The translations under genes were made by a program, and so were the position numbers. The notes under the pieces are model-generated. The model did not search any database. It was not told where the DNA came from and was given only the letters and a program-made list of their open reading frames with translations. From Gammaproteobacteria bacterium (GTDB taxonomy: Bacteria; Pseudomonadota; Gammaproteobacteria; Burkholderiales; Rhodocyclaceae), in contig JAHJVE010000009.1 of assembly GCA_018828385.1 (NCBI GenBank), forward strand, positions 36,910 through 100,909: a DNA stretch of 64,000 nucleotides, read 5' to 3'. Below are positions 11,956-21,361 of this stretch, piece after piece; within the stretch, counting starts at the first letter, position 1; the number at the start of each line of letters is the position of its first letter.

Positions 11956-12889
11956 GGAAGGAGGCGGTCCGGGCGCAGATATTTTCAGTTAGCGCCGGGT
12001 CAAGGCAGTCGAAATTTTCAGATTCGAAAGAGTTGGAGAGCCAGGTGATCTGGCGTTTGGCCAGTTGGCGCGTCGCGAAGATGCCGCGATCGCGCAGTTC
12101 GCTGCGCGGCAGCGTTCCATCCTGCGCCTCCCAGGTCTGGCGGTAGCCAACGCAGCGCATCGATGGCAAGTTGAGGCTCAGCGCATATTTCTGGCGCAAC
12201 ATCCGCACTTCGTCATCCAGCCCGGCCAGCAGCATTTCGTCGAAACGGCGGGCAATGCGTTGGTGCAGCTTGGCGCGGTCGGAGGGTAGCAGGGCGATCG
12301 GCAGAAAATCGTAGGGCGGTTTCTGCTTCTCGCTCTCGGCCAGCAATTCGGACATCGGCCGGCCGGTCAGCCGGCAGATTTCCAGGGCGCGTTGCAGGCG
12401 CTGGCTGTCAGTCGTGTGCAGCCGGGCGGCGGTCGCCGGGTCCAAGAGCGCCAGTTTGGCGTGCATCGCTGGCCAGCCTTCGGCCGCGGCTTCGGCATCG
12501 ATTTCGGCGCGCAGCACGGCATCGGCCTGCGGCAGATCGGCCAGCCCGTGCAGCAGTGCGCGGAAGTAAAGCATTGTGCCGCCGACCAGCACGGGCACCT
12601 TGCCGGCTTTCGTGATTTCATCCATCGCGGCCAGCGCATCGGCGCGAAAACGGGCGGCGGAATAGCTTTCTTCCGGCGAAATGATGTCGATCAGGTGGTG
12701 CGGATAGCGAGCCAGCGTGGCACGGTCGGGCTTGGCCGTGCCGACATCCATGTCGCGGAAAACCTGGGCCGAGTCGACGCTGATCAGCTCGACCGGAAAA
12801 CGGTCGGCCAGCGCCATGGCAACCGCCGTCTTGCCCGACGCGGTCGGGCCCATGATCAGGATGGCAGGCGGCAGGCGGGGTGAGTTCAT
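11945..12889 (-). CDS. miaA: tRNA dimethylallyltransferase
   Basis: [46 protein letters not shown]. Confidence 0.96.
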   Translation of the reverse strand: MNSPRLPPAILIMGPTASGKTAVAMALADRFPVELISVDSAQVFRDMDVGTAKPDRATLARYPHHLIDIISPEESYSAARFRADALAAMDEITKAGKVPVLVGGTMLYFRALLHGLADLPQADAVLRAEIDAEAAAEGWPAMHAKLALLDPATAARLHTTDSQRLQRALEICRLTGRPMSELLAESEKQKPPYDFLPIALLPSDRAKLHQRIARRFDEMLLAGLDDEVRMLRQKYALSLNLPSMRCVGYRQTWEAQDGTLPRSELRDRGIFATRQLAKRQITWLSNSFESENFDCLDPALTENICARTASFLSA

Positions 12890-13069
12890 GGCGGCGAATG
12901 CTACCACGCCCGGAGTTAGTCCATTTCCGACGCCCCGGATGGCGCTCGGTCAGGCAGGTGTTGCCTCATGAATTTCGATGGCTGATGATTTTGCCGTTTC
13001 CGGAAACTTTTCGTAAAAATTGACAATGGCTGGACAGCTTTGCCCGGGTGCGGATAATCGGACGCGCGG

Positions 13070-13082
13070 CTACAACTTGTAG
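13070..13082. promoter_or_regulatory. Palindrome CTACA-ACT-TGTAG (putative TF site)
   Basis: Perfect 5-bp arms 37 bp upstream of FIST gene; extra TACAACT half-site ~10 bp downstream. Confidence 0.45.
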
Positions 13083-13118
13083 CGGCAAATACAACTATAT
13101 GAGGAGCATGGAGACAAC

Positions 13119-14270
13119 ATGACTACCGATTCTCCCTTTCGCATCAGCCATTCCAGCGCCAGCGAGGCGCGCCAGGCTGCCCGGGAATTCCACGCCGGGG
13201 TCGACCAGCCCGGCATGTCCGTGGTCATATTTTTCTGTTCCAGCGACTACGATCTCGACGCCCTGGCCGACGAGCTGAACCGGCTTTTTGGCAGCGTACC
13301 GTTGATCGGCTGCACCACGGCGGGTGAAATCGGCTCTGCCGGCTATCGCAACCAGAGCCTGTCCGGCGTCAGTTTTTCGGCTGATGCGGGGGCGGTCGTT
13401 GCCGGCAGCCTCCCCGATCTGCAGCATTTCGAAGCTGAGCGGGGCCAGGCGTTTGTGCAAGGGTTGTTGCAGCAACTGGACAAGCATGTGACCAAGGATT
13501 CGCGAGCCTTCGCCCTGCTCCTCATCGATGGCCTGTCGGTGCGCGAAGAGCCGGTTGTCCGGGTGCTTCAGGGAGCGCTCGGGAGTATCCATCTGTGTGG
13601 CGGTTCGGCCGGCGACGACCTGAAGTTTGCCAGTACCCAAGTTTTCCATGATGGCGCCTTCCGCGACAACAGCGCCGTCTTGCTGCTGGTCAGCACGCCG
13701 TTGCCGATCCGCATTTTCAAGACTCAGCACTTCATCAGCGAAAACGAACGGCTGGTTGTTACCGATGCCGATGCCGAACACCGGATCGTCAAGGAAATCA
13801 ACGGGTTGCCGGCGGCCGAGGAGTATGCGCGGGTGCTCGGCGTCTCTGTCGAGGATCTGACCCCCGACCATTTTGCCGCGACGCCGGTGGTTGTCGTGCT
13901 TGATGGTACCGATTACGTGCGTTCGATCCAGAAAGTGAACCCGGATGGCACCCTGACTTTCTTCTGTGCCATCGAGGACGGAATCGTCCTGCGTGTGGCG
14001 CGCTGCGGCGATATCTATGCCAACCTGGAGCAGACCTTCGACAATCTCCGTGAGGAAATCGGTCAGCCGGCGCTGACCCTGGGTTGCGACTGCATCCTGC
14101 GCAATCTGGAAATCACCCAGAAACAGCTCAAGGGCAAGATAGGCGAGCTCTTCCAGCGCCACAACACGGTTGGCTTCAGTACATACGGCGAGCAGTTTGG
14201 CGGCGTCCACATCAACCAGACCTTCACTGGTATTGCCATTGGCTTTGCTCCAGAGGAGAAACATGACTGA
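13119..14270 (+). CDS. FIST-domain sensor protein (NosP-like)
   Basis: IGCTTAGEIG, GGSAGDDLKF, YVRSIQKVNPDGTLTFFCAI, CDCILR, GFSTYGEQ..GVHINQT. Confidence 0.88.
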   Translation: MTTDSPFRISHSSASEARQAAREFHAGVDQPGMSVVIFFCSSDYDLDALADELNRLFGSVPLIGCTTAGEIGSAGYRNQSLSGVSFSADAGAVVAGSLPDLQHFEAERGQAFVQGLLQQLDKHVTKDSRAFALLLIDGLSVREEPVVRVLQGALGSIHLCGGSAGDDLKFASTQVFHDGAFRDNSAVLLLVSTPLPIRIFKTQHFISENERLVVTDADAEHRIVKEINGLPAAEEYARVLGVSVEDLTPDHFAATPVVVVLDGTDYVRSIQKVNPDGTLTFFCAIEDGIVLRVARCGDIYANLEQTFDNLREEIGQPALTLGCDCILRNLEITQKQLKGKIGELFQRHNTVGFSTYGEQFGGVHINQTFTGIAIGFAPEEKHD

Positions 14271-15363
14271 TCCGGTCGCCGCCAGCGCTTCGCCGCAGGA
14301 AGCGGCGCTGCAGCGCGAAATCGTTCGCCTCAACAAGATGGTGACCGCCCTGATGAATCGGGCGGAGCGCGACATGAGTGCGAAAGTCTCCGATTTCAGC
14401 GCCTTCCAGTCGGGCGTGGCACTCGAAAGCCAGGTCCGCGAACGCACTCAGCAGCTGGAAGCGGCATTGCGCGAGAATGAGCGGGTCAACCAGGCCCTGC
14501 AGAGCGAAAAGGAAGAACAGCGCGTCCTGATCGCGAAGCTCGAGGAAGCCCACGACCAGTTGCACCAGTCGGAAAAACTTGCCTCCATCGGCCAGTTGGC
14601 GGCGGGTGTCGCCCACGAGATCAACAACCCGATCGGCTTCGTCAATTCCAACTTGGGCACGCTGAAGAATTACGTCAATCAATTGATGAACTTGATCGAG
14701 GCCATGTCGACCACGGTTGCCCCGCTACTGGCCGGCAATCCGGAGATTGGGAAAGAACTCGATGCCTTGAAGCGCCAGGCCGACCTCGATTTCCTGCGCG
14801 AAGACATCGGCGCGCTCATCGCCGATTCCATCGATGGCACGACGCGGGTTCGCCGGATCGTCCAGGACCTGCGCGATTTTTCGCGGACCGGCGAAGTCGG
14901 CATGGAATGGGTCGATCTCCACGCCGGCCTGGAGAGTACCCTCAACGTCGTGGCCAACGAGATCAAGTACAAGGCCGAGGTCGTCCGCGACTACGGTGCG
15001 TTGCCCCAGGTCGAGTGCCGGCCATCGCAGATCAACCAGGTTTTCATGAACCTGCTGGTCAACGCGGCCCAGGCGATTCCCCAGAAAGGCCGGATCACCC
15101 TGAAAAGCGGCTGTGCCGACGACAAGGTGTGGGTGTCGGTCAGCGATACCGGCAGCGGCATCCCGCCGGAAATCCTGGCCCGCATTTTCGACCCCTTCTT
15201 TACGACCAAGCCGGTCGGCAAGGGCACCGGCCTCGGCCTGTCCGTTTCCTACGGCATCATCGAAAAACATGGCGGCAAGATCGACGTCGCCAGCCAGCCG
15301 GGGCAGGGCACCACCTTCACCGTCTGGTTGCCGGCTCGCCAGCCCGAAGTCTCCCCGGGGTGA
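14263..15363 (+). CDS. Sensor histidine kinase coupled to FIST gene
   Basis: 8-nt overlap with FIST gene; coiled-coil N-terminus; [10 protein letters not shown]-box, [26 protein letters not shown]. Confidence 0.92.
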   Translation: MTDPVAASASPQEAALQREIVRLNKMVTALMNRAERDMSAKVSDFSAFQSGVALESQVRERTQQLEAALRENERVNQALQSEKEEQRVLIAKLEEAHDQLHQSEKLASIGQLAAGVAHEINNPIGFVNSNLGTLKNYVNQLMNLIEAMSTTVAPLLAGNPEIGKELDALKRQADLDFLREDIGALIADSIDGTTRVRRIVQDLRDFSRTGEVGMEWVDLHAGLESTLNVVANEIKYKAEVVRDYGALPQVECRPSQINQVFMNLLVNAAQAIPQKGRITLKSGCADDKVWVSVSDTGSGIPPEILARIFDPFFTTKPVGKGTGLGLSVSYGIIEKHGGKIDVASQPGQGTTFTVWLPARQPEVSPG

Positions 15364-15403
15364 AGCCGGGGGGGGGCTGCTCGCCCCCGTTCAGCTTTGG
15401 CGA

Positions 15404-16018
15404 CTACCGTGGCTGGCTGCGGCGTGCCATGCCGCCGATGATGGCCAGGCCGGCCAGCAGCATGGCGTAGGTTTCCGGTTCGGGAACGGCCGGCACCGGC
15501 GTTACGGCCAGCCAGGTATTGAACGCAGTGAGGTGCTTGTTGGAGGCGTTCATCAGGTTGCCATAGACCGTGTAGAGACTTGAGTCTACCGGGATCAGGG
15601 CCCTGGCTGCCGTCAGGTCGGCGATGTCGAGCAGTTCGATATTCTTGCCGACAGTCAGCGCCGCGAAGCTCGAGGTACTGCCTTGCGCTACCAGGCTCTG
15701 GTAGAGCGATTGCAGGCTTGGGTCGTGGAACTGGCCGGCGGCGAGCGAGGTCAGGTCGCTGATGTCGAGGCCGATGAGGTTGGCCTGGCCGACCAGGGCG
15801 GCGACGTGGGTGTCTTCCGATCTGGGAATGTTCCTGAACGGCATGATGGTCGGGTAGAGGGTGCCGAATGAGCGGTACACATCGCCGGCCAGCTTTTCTT
15901 CCTCGATCATGTAGCGCAGGCTGTCGATGGCCTCGGGCGAATAGTTCTGGGCCTGCGCGACCGCGGTGCCGGCCATGTGAATGACCAGCGCGGAAATGAG
16001 AATCCTGAACGCGTTCAA
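15404..16018 (-). CDS. PEP-CTERM-anchored ferritin-like (DUF2202-type) protein
   Basis: YMIEEEKLAGDVY, SEDTH, NASNKHL; C-terminal VPEPETYAMLLAGLAIIGGMARR; TTG start inferred after GGGGG. Confidence 0.8.
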   Translation of the reverse strand: MNAFRILISALVIHMAGTAVAQAQNYSPEAIDSLRYMIEEEKLAGDVYRSFGTLYPTIMPFRNIPRSEDTHVAALVGQANLIGLDISDLTSLAAGQFHDPSLQSLYQSLVAQGSTSSFAALTVGKNIELLDIADLTAARALIPVDSSLYTVYGNLMNASNKHLTAFNTWLAVTPVPAVPEPETYAMLLAGLAIIGGMARRSQPR

Positions 16019-16324
16019 TGTGTTACCCCCAATGGATTGGCTGTTGAAATGGCGCCTCAATACCCCGGCACAGCATGTCGGAAGGACCCGGCAGGGGGGC
16101 AGGCCGGGCGATCATAAGGAAAATCTAATACCTTCGGAATGTGTCAAATTGCCGCATGTCATAGTCCTAGGCTGGCGTAGCGATAGCCGAAAGTGCGGGC
16201 AAAATGCTTGATTGCCGTACCGCCGTTTGCCAGTCGAATTGATGAATATAATGTCTCTATTAAATTGGCAATTTTCGGGCAGCAACATGCGGCTGCCGAT
16301 ACGTTTATCTCGAGGCTTGGCATC

Positions 16325-17659
16325 ATGTTCGGTTTCATCAAACGCGTTTTCGGCATGGGTGATGGGGGCGCGGCACCCACCAAGGGCAGCGCTTCGTCGC
16401 CGGATGTTCCGGTTATTTCGGCGCCGGTTGCAGCTGTCCGCAAGGCGCCTCCCGCGGTTCTGCAGCGCGACGAGATCATCGATGCCAAAACCCGTATTGC
16501 CGGCTACCGTTTTTCGGCTCGCCGGCCGGATTCCGAACTGCTCGCCGACACCGCGACTACGCTGGAAATCCTCTCGGCCAACAAGGTTGCGGCCTTTGCC
16601 GAGCGGCGCCTGGCGCTGATCCCGTTGACTCACGAAGACTGGATGCGGCTGGACTGCACGCCGCTGATCGGTCCGCTGACGACGTTTCTGCTCACCCTGC
16701 CCGATGGCGCCAAGGTGTCTGACGACTGGAACGCGGTTGCCGCCGCCATTCATGGTGCCGGAGCGAGGATCGCGCTGGCGGCAGGCGATATTGTGACGCA
16801 TCGGAAAACGATCCTCGAGCACGCCGATTATCTGCTCCTCGATTTTCCGTCGCTTTCCTTGTCCAGCCTCGAGGCTTTGTTGCGCACCCTGCGTCAGGAA
16901 AAGCCGGGCCTCGAACTGATTGCCGACAAGGTCGGGCGCTGGCCGGAGCATCGTTACTGCGTTTCGCACGGTATTGCCTATTGCCTCGGCACATTCACCA
17001 CCGAGCCGGACGAGGAGCAAAAGATCCGGGAAATCGGCCAGAGCCAGCTGGTTCTCATCGAGATGCTCAACCAACTGCGCAAGGATGCCGAACTGGCCGA
17101 CATCGCGCAAATTGCCAAGCGCGATCCGGGCGTCATCGTCAAGGTAATGGCCATGGCCAATTCGCCGATGGCCGGTTTGTCCCAGCCGGTGACCAGTATT
17201 GATCAGGCGATCATGGTGCTCGGCCGGGAGCAGCTCTACCGCTGGCTGTCGATCGGGATGTTCCGGGCCGGTGCCGCCTCGCCGCGCGACGAGGTGCTGC
17301 TTGAGCTTGCTCTGGGGCGCGGCCGTTTCCTCGAACTGCTCGGCCAAAAGCAGTACAGCAAGCTGGAATGCGACGAATTTTTCCTGCTCGGCCTGCTTTC
17401 CCTGCTCGACAGTCTGCTTGGTCTGCCGATGAGTGCGGTTGTCGCCAAGATCAATTTGTCGCCTGTCCTGATGAACGCCTTGCTCAACAGCGACGGTCCG
17501 CTGGCGCGCTACCTGATGTTGAGCATCGCCGTCGAAAAGGGCCGCGTCGAAAGCGTCGCGCGGCTGGCCGACGAGCTCGGCTATTCGCTCGAAGCCATCG
17601 AGTCGGCTTCGGTCGAGGCGATTGGTTGGGCGGAGGAAGCGGTCAATCTGACCAAGTGA
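16325..17659 (+). CDS. Degenerate EAL + HDOD domain protein (YuxH/CdgJ-like)
   Basis: AKRDPGVIVKVMAMANSP, SIDQAIMVLG, FLLGLLSLLDSLL; EAL motif replaced by YRFSAR. Confidence 0.82.
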   Translation: MFGFIKRVFGMGDGGAAPTKGSASSPDVPVISAPVAAVRKAPPAVLQRDEIIDAKTRIAGYRFSARRPDSELLADTATTLEILSANKVAAFAERRLALIPLTHEDWMRLDCTPLIGPLTTFLLTLPDGAKVSDDWNAVAAAIHGAGARIALAAGDIVTHRKTILEHADYLLLDFPSLSLSSLEALLRTLRQEKPGLELIADKVGRWPEHRYCVSHGIAYCLGTFTTEPDEEQKIREIGQSQLVLIEMLNQLRKDAELADIAQIAKRDPGVIVKVMAMANSPMAGLSQPVTSIDQAIMVLGREQLYRWLSIGMFRAGAASPRDEVLLELALGRGRFLELLGQKQYSKLECDEFFLLGLLSLLDSLLGLPMSAVVAKINLSPVLMNALLNSDGPLARYLMLSIAVEKGRVESVARLADELGYSLEAIESASVEAIGWAEEAVNLTK

Positions 17660-17674
17660 GTCGGGCCGTGTGGC

Positions 17675-18487
17675 TCAACAGCGCCGGCGGCCGGCCCGGG
17701 TAAAGCCGAAGCCGGCATCGCCCGAACCGGCGGGCAGGATGCAGATGCGCATGGTCAGCGAGCGGGCCGCCTTGTCTAGATCGGCCGGAAAGGGCGAGAA
17801 GGGAACCGAGCGTTTGACGACAGCCGTGACGAAGGCGACCTCGTCGGCCTGATCGCCGGCATTGACGATCTTGAACGACTTCATCGTGCCGTCCGGGTTG
17901 ATCTTGAACTCGATGGAGGCCGGCTTGACGCCCTTGGCGCGCGGGTCGTTCTTGACGAAGGCGGCGCTGCGGTTGAGGCGCTTGAGTAGGCCTTCGAGAT
18001 ACATTTCCAGGCTGAACGGGTCGGGCGGCGCGGCGTTGGGGCGCAGCTCGAGCAGGGCGCTGCCGGCCGATTCTTCCCGCGCCTGCTGCCACGCTTCCTC
18101 GCGGGCCATGGCTTTCGAGCGCTGGGCCAGCGTCGGTTTGGGGGCGGTTCGGGCGTTGTTGTCGAGCTCGTCGAGAAAGCGGTTCATCTCCGCCTTTTCC
18201 GCTGCCGTCCAGTGCGGGGCGCTGGCTACCGAGGTTTTGCCCGGCTTGTCGGTGGTCAGCAGGCGCGGCCGTTGCGGCTTGGCTTTGGCCGGCTTCCGGC
18301 GGGCCTCGGGGGCATCTGCCGTTTCCACTGTGACCGGCGGGCGCAGGCGGGCCTCCAGGCGCGGCGGACTTGAAACTTCGTCCGGATCATGCCGGGGGAT
18401 CATGAGTACCAGGGCATGGATCAGGAGCGAGGCGGCAAACGCGAAAAGCGGTGCACGCCTGGCCGGCGGGAGATGGAAGGCGAACAT
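17675..18487 (-). CDS. Membrane-anchored protein with TonB-C/TolA-like C-terminus
   Basis: N-terminal ASLLIHAL TM, low-complexity linker, FKINPDG...VKRSVPFSPFP; TonB-C call is inference. Confidence 0.6.
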   Translation of the reverse strand: MFAFHLPPARRAPLFAFAASLLIHALVLMIPRHDPDEVSSPPRLEARLRPPVTVETADAPEARRKPAKAKPQRPRLLTTDKPGKTSVASAPHWTAAEKAEMNRFLDELDNNARTAPKPTLAQRSKAMAREEAWQQAREESAGSALLELRPNAAPPDPFSLEMYLEGLLKRLNRSAAFVKNDPRAKGVKPASIEFKINPDGTMKSFKIVNAGDQADEVAFVTAVVKRSVPFSPFPADLDKAARSLTMRICILPAGSGDAGFGFTRAGRRRC

Positions 18488-18561
18488 CGCCGGTATTTTA
18501 GGCGGCGCCGCCGGTGAATGGCTGTAACGATGTGTGGTTTTGCCCACCGAGCAGCGTCGGG

Positions 18562-18598
18562 GATTTCAATTTTGGGCCAAATTTCCGGTTGACCGTGG
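18562..18598 (+). repeat. Dispersed TTGACCGT motif (intergenic)
   Basis: GATTTCAATTTTGGGCCAAATTTCCGGTTGACCGTGG. Confidence 0.9.
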
Positions 18599-18615
18599 GA
18601 ATCGTCTTGCCGGCT

Positions 18616-21327
18616 TCAAACCGCGGCCTTGAGGGCGCGCGCCGGGAAATGTCCGCCTTGCTGTAGCAGGGCTTCGATGGCGATGGCCGAGGTCGGGCGG
18701 CTGAAGTGGTAGCCCTGCATCAGCCGGCAACCGTGGTCGAGCAGGAAGGCGGCCTGCTCGGCCTGTTCGACGCCTTCGGCGATGACTTCCTTTTGCAGGC
18801 TGTCGGCGATGGCGATGATCGCCCGGACGATGGCGATGTCGTCGGTATCGCCCGGCAGTTCGCGGACGAAGGACTGGTCGATTTTGATGCGGTCGAAGGG
18901 CAGACGCTTGAGGTAGGCGAGGCTGGAGTAGCCGGTGCCAAAATCGTCGATCGACAGCTTGATGCCCAGCGCGCTCAGTTCGTCGAGCACGGCGACGATG
19001 CGCTCGGTGTCGCGGATGAAGGCGCTTTCGGTGATTTCCAGCTCGAGCCAGCGGGCTTCCAGGCCGGTTTCGGCGAGGATGGCGATGATGCGCTGGGCGA
19101 GGTTGGCCTGGCGCAACTGAACGGCGGACAGGTTGACGGCCATGACCACGGGTGGCAAGCCTTGGTCCTGCCACTGGCGATTTTGCCGGCAGGCTTCGTG
19201 CAGTACCCAGTCGCCGATCTGGTTGATCAGGTTGCTTTCCTCGGCGATGGGGATAAAGCGCGACGGCGGGATATTGCCTTTTTCCGGGTGCTCCCAGCGG
19301 ACCAGCGCTTCGAGGCCGATCAGGCGGCCGCTTTGCGCATCGACCTGCGGCTGGTAATTGAGGAAGATGTCCTCACCGCGCGAGGCGCGCCGCAGGCAGT
19401 TTTCGAGCATGACGCGTTCGGAAATGCGGGCGTTCATTTCCGGCGTAAAGAAGCGGTAGGCGTTGCCGCCGGCGGCCTTGGCCTGGTACATCGCGGTGTC
19501 GGCGTTCTTGAGCAGGCTGCCGATGTCCTGGCCGTCCTGCGGGTAGGTACTGATGCCGATGCTGGCGCCGACGCGCAATTCATGGCCGGCCACCATGAAG
19601 GGTTCGCCGAGCGCGTCGATCAGTCGCTGGGCGATGCTGGCCAGGCGCGAGGGTGAGCCATAGCCCTGGATCAGGATGGCGAATTCGTCGCCGCCCTGCC
19701 GGCTGACCGTGTCGCGCGCATCGAGGCTGTGGCGCAGGCGCTGAGCCGCTTCGAGCAGCAACTGGTCGCCGATCTCGTGGCCGAGCGTGTCATTCACATT
19801 CTTGAAGTGGTCGAGGTCGAGGAACATCAGGGCGACTTCGGCCTGCGTGCCGAAGGTCAGCGCCAGCGCCTGCGACATCAGGTCGGCCAGCATGCCGCGG
19901 TTGGGGAGTTGGGTCAGCTGGTCGTGTTCGGCCAGGTAGCGGATGCGCTCCTGGTCCTCGTGCAGCTGCGTGATGTCGCGGGCGACCCCGGCGACACCGG
20001 CCAGCTCGCCGCGTTCGTCGAGGACCGGGGTGGAGATGAACTCGAAATGACGAATCCGGCCGTCGGCCAGTTGCTGGGTGGCGGTCCGCCGCTGTTGCCG
20101 TTGTTCGGCCAGCGCCAGGGACTCTTGCCGGGTCATCGACTCGGCCGCTTCGGCCGGCCAGATGGCGGCCACCGTCTGGCCGGGCAGGGTGTCGGCCGGC
20201 TGGTCGCAGGCTCGCGCGTAGGCGTCGTTGACGGCGATCAGGCGTTGCTCGCGGTCGCTCAGCCAGGCCGGGTCAGGCAGGCTGTCGAGGAGGGCGCGGG
20301 TCTGCCGCGTGGTGTTCTCGTAGGCCCGGGTCATGCCTTGCGCCAGCGCATGCGCCCGGTCGTAGATGCGCAGCCAGACAGCGATCCAGCCACCGAGAAC
20401 GAGGGCCAGCACGAGCATGCCGAGGACGGACCACAAGACCTGCTGGTACCAGTTGGCGAGGTAGTCGCTCGGCGCGTGTCCGATCACCACGTACAGCGGG
20501 TAGTGGCCGACCTGGCGCGCGACATAAAGCCGCTTGAGGCCGTCTACCACCGAGCTGTTGGTGAAGCTGCCATACGCCTGCTGGCCGGCGATCAGCTCGG
20601 CCAGTGGTGGGCTGTCGAGGGCATTGCCCCGGTGTTCGGGGGCGGCCGGGTAACGGGCGATCAGCCGGCGTTCGCGGTCAACGAGGGCGACGCTCTGGCC
20701 GGGGCCGAGCTTGAGGCTGGTGAAGAATTCCTGGAAATGATCGGCCGGTATCGCAGCCTGGACGAGGCCGGCAAAATGGCCTTGCCGATCGTCGAGGCGG
20801 CGGCTCAGCGTGATCACCCAGTTGCTGGTGATGCGGGCGAACAGCGGCTCAGAGATGACCAGTGCGGCAGCACCATCGCGATTGCGCTGGAAGTAGTCGC
20901 GGTCGCGAATGTGGACGCTGGCGATCTTGCCTGAAGCGTCGTGCGTGAAATTGCCCTCGGCATTGGCCACGCGCAGGCTTTGCGATTCGCTGGCGATGAG
21001 TGCCAGATAGCTGGCCAGCGCGGCGTTGATCGCGCCAGCATCAGCCGCTTCCCCGGCCAGCGTGGTGTTGAGGCGCAATTGGCTGGCCAGCAGCACGGTG
21101 TCGATCTTGTCCACCGTGTTGTGGGCATGTGCTTCCAGTACGCGCGCCAGGTTGTCGAGATTGCGCAGGGCAAACTCGTTCTCGCGGTCCAGCGCGACTT
21201 TCAGGCCGCCGGCGACGAGTCCGATGTAGGTCAGCAGGGCAAGGATCCCGAGAGCGATCAGGACATTGCGACGTTCGCCGGTGGGGGCCGAGGACGGTCG
21301 AAACAACTGCCTGAGGGATGACATCAT
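18616..21327 (-). CDS. Cache-PAS-GGDEF-EAL diguanylate cyclase/phosphodiesterase
   Basis: Two TM segments around Cache-like region, PAS, intact GGDEF and EAL motifs, [16 protein letters not shown]. Confidence 0.93.
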   Translation of the reverse strand: MMSSLRQLFRPSSAPTGERRNVLIALGILALLTYIGLVAGGLKVALDRENEFALRNLDNLARVLEAHAHNTVDKIDTVLLASQLRLNTTLAGEAADAGAINAALASYLALIASESQSLRVANAEGNFTHDASGKIASVHIRDRDYFQRNRDGAAALVISEPLFARITSNWVITLSRRLDDRQGHFAGLVQAAIPADHFQEFFTSLKLGPGQSVALVDRERRLIARYPAAPEHRGNALDSPPLAELIAGQQAYGSFTNSSVVDGLKRLYVARQVGHYPLYVVIGHAPSDYLANWYQQVLWSVLGMLVLALVLGGWIAVWLRIYDRAHALAQGMTRAYENTTRQTRALLDSLPDPAWLSDREQRLIAVNDAYARACDQPADTLPGQTVAAIWPAEAAESMTRQESLALAEQRQQRRTATQQLADGRIRHFEFISTPVLDERGELAGVAGVARDITQLHEDQERIRYLAEHDQLTQLPNRGMLADLMSQALALTFGTQAEVALMFLDLDHFKNVNDTLGHEIGDQLLLEAAQRLRHSLDARDTVSRQGGDEFAILIQGYGSPSRLASIAQRLIDALGEPFMVAGHELRVGASIGISTYPQDGQDIGSLLKNADTAMYQAKAAGGNAYRFFTPEMNARISERVMLENCLRRASRGEDIFLNYQPQVDAQSGRLIGLEALVRWEHPEKGNIPPSRFIPIAEESNLINQIGDWVLHEACRQNRQWQDQGLPPVVMAVNLSAVQLRQANLAQRIIAILAETGLEARWLELEITESAFIRDTERIVAVLDELSALGIKLSIDDFGTGYSSLAYLKRLPFDRIKIDQSFVRELPGDTDDIAIVRAIIAIADSLQKEVIAEGVEQAEQAAFLLDHGCRLMQGYHFSRPTSAIAIEALLQQGGHFPARALKAAV

Positions 21328-21361
21328 GGGGCGCGGGCCGGGGCGGGTGTGAGCCGCCGGA

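Noticed and set aside
13020-13058. TTGACA...GATAAT as a sigma-70 promoter for the FIST gene
   Set aside because: Spacer is 27 bp rather than about 17 bp.
15368-15376. G9 homopolymer as a phase-variation tract
   Set aside because: Intergenic between convergent stop codons and part of a G/C hairpin; it affects no reading frame or promoter.
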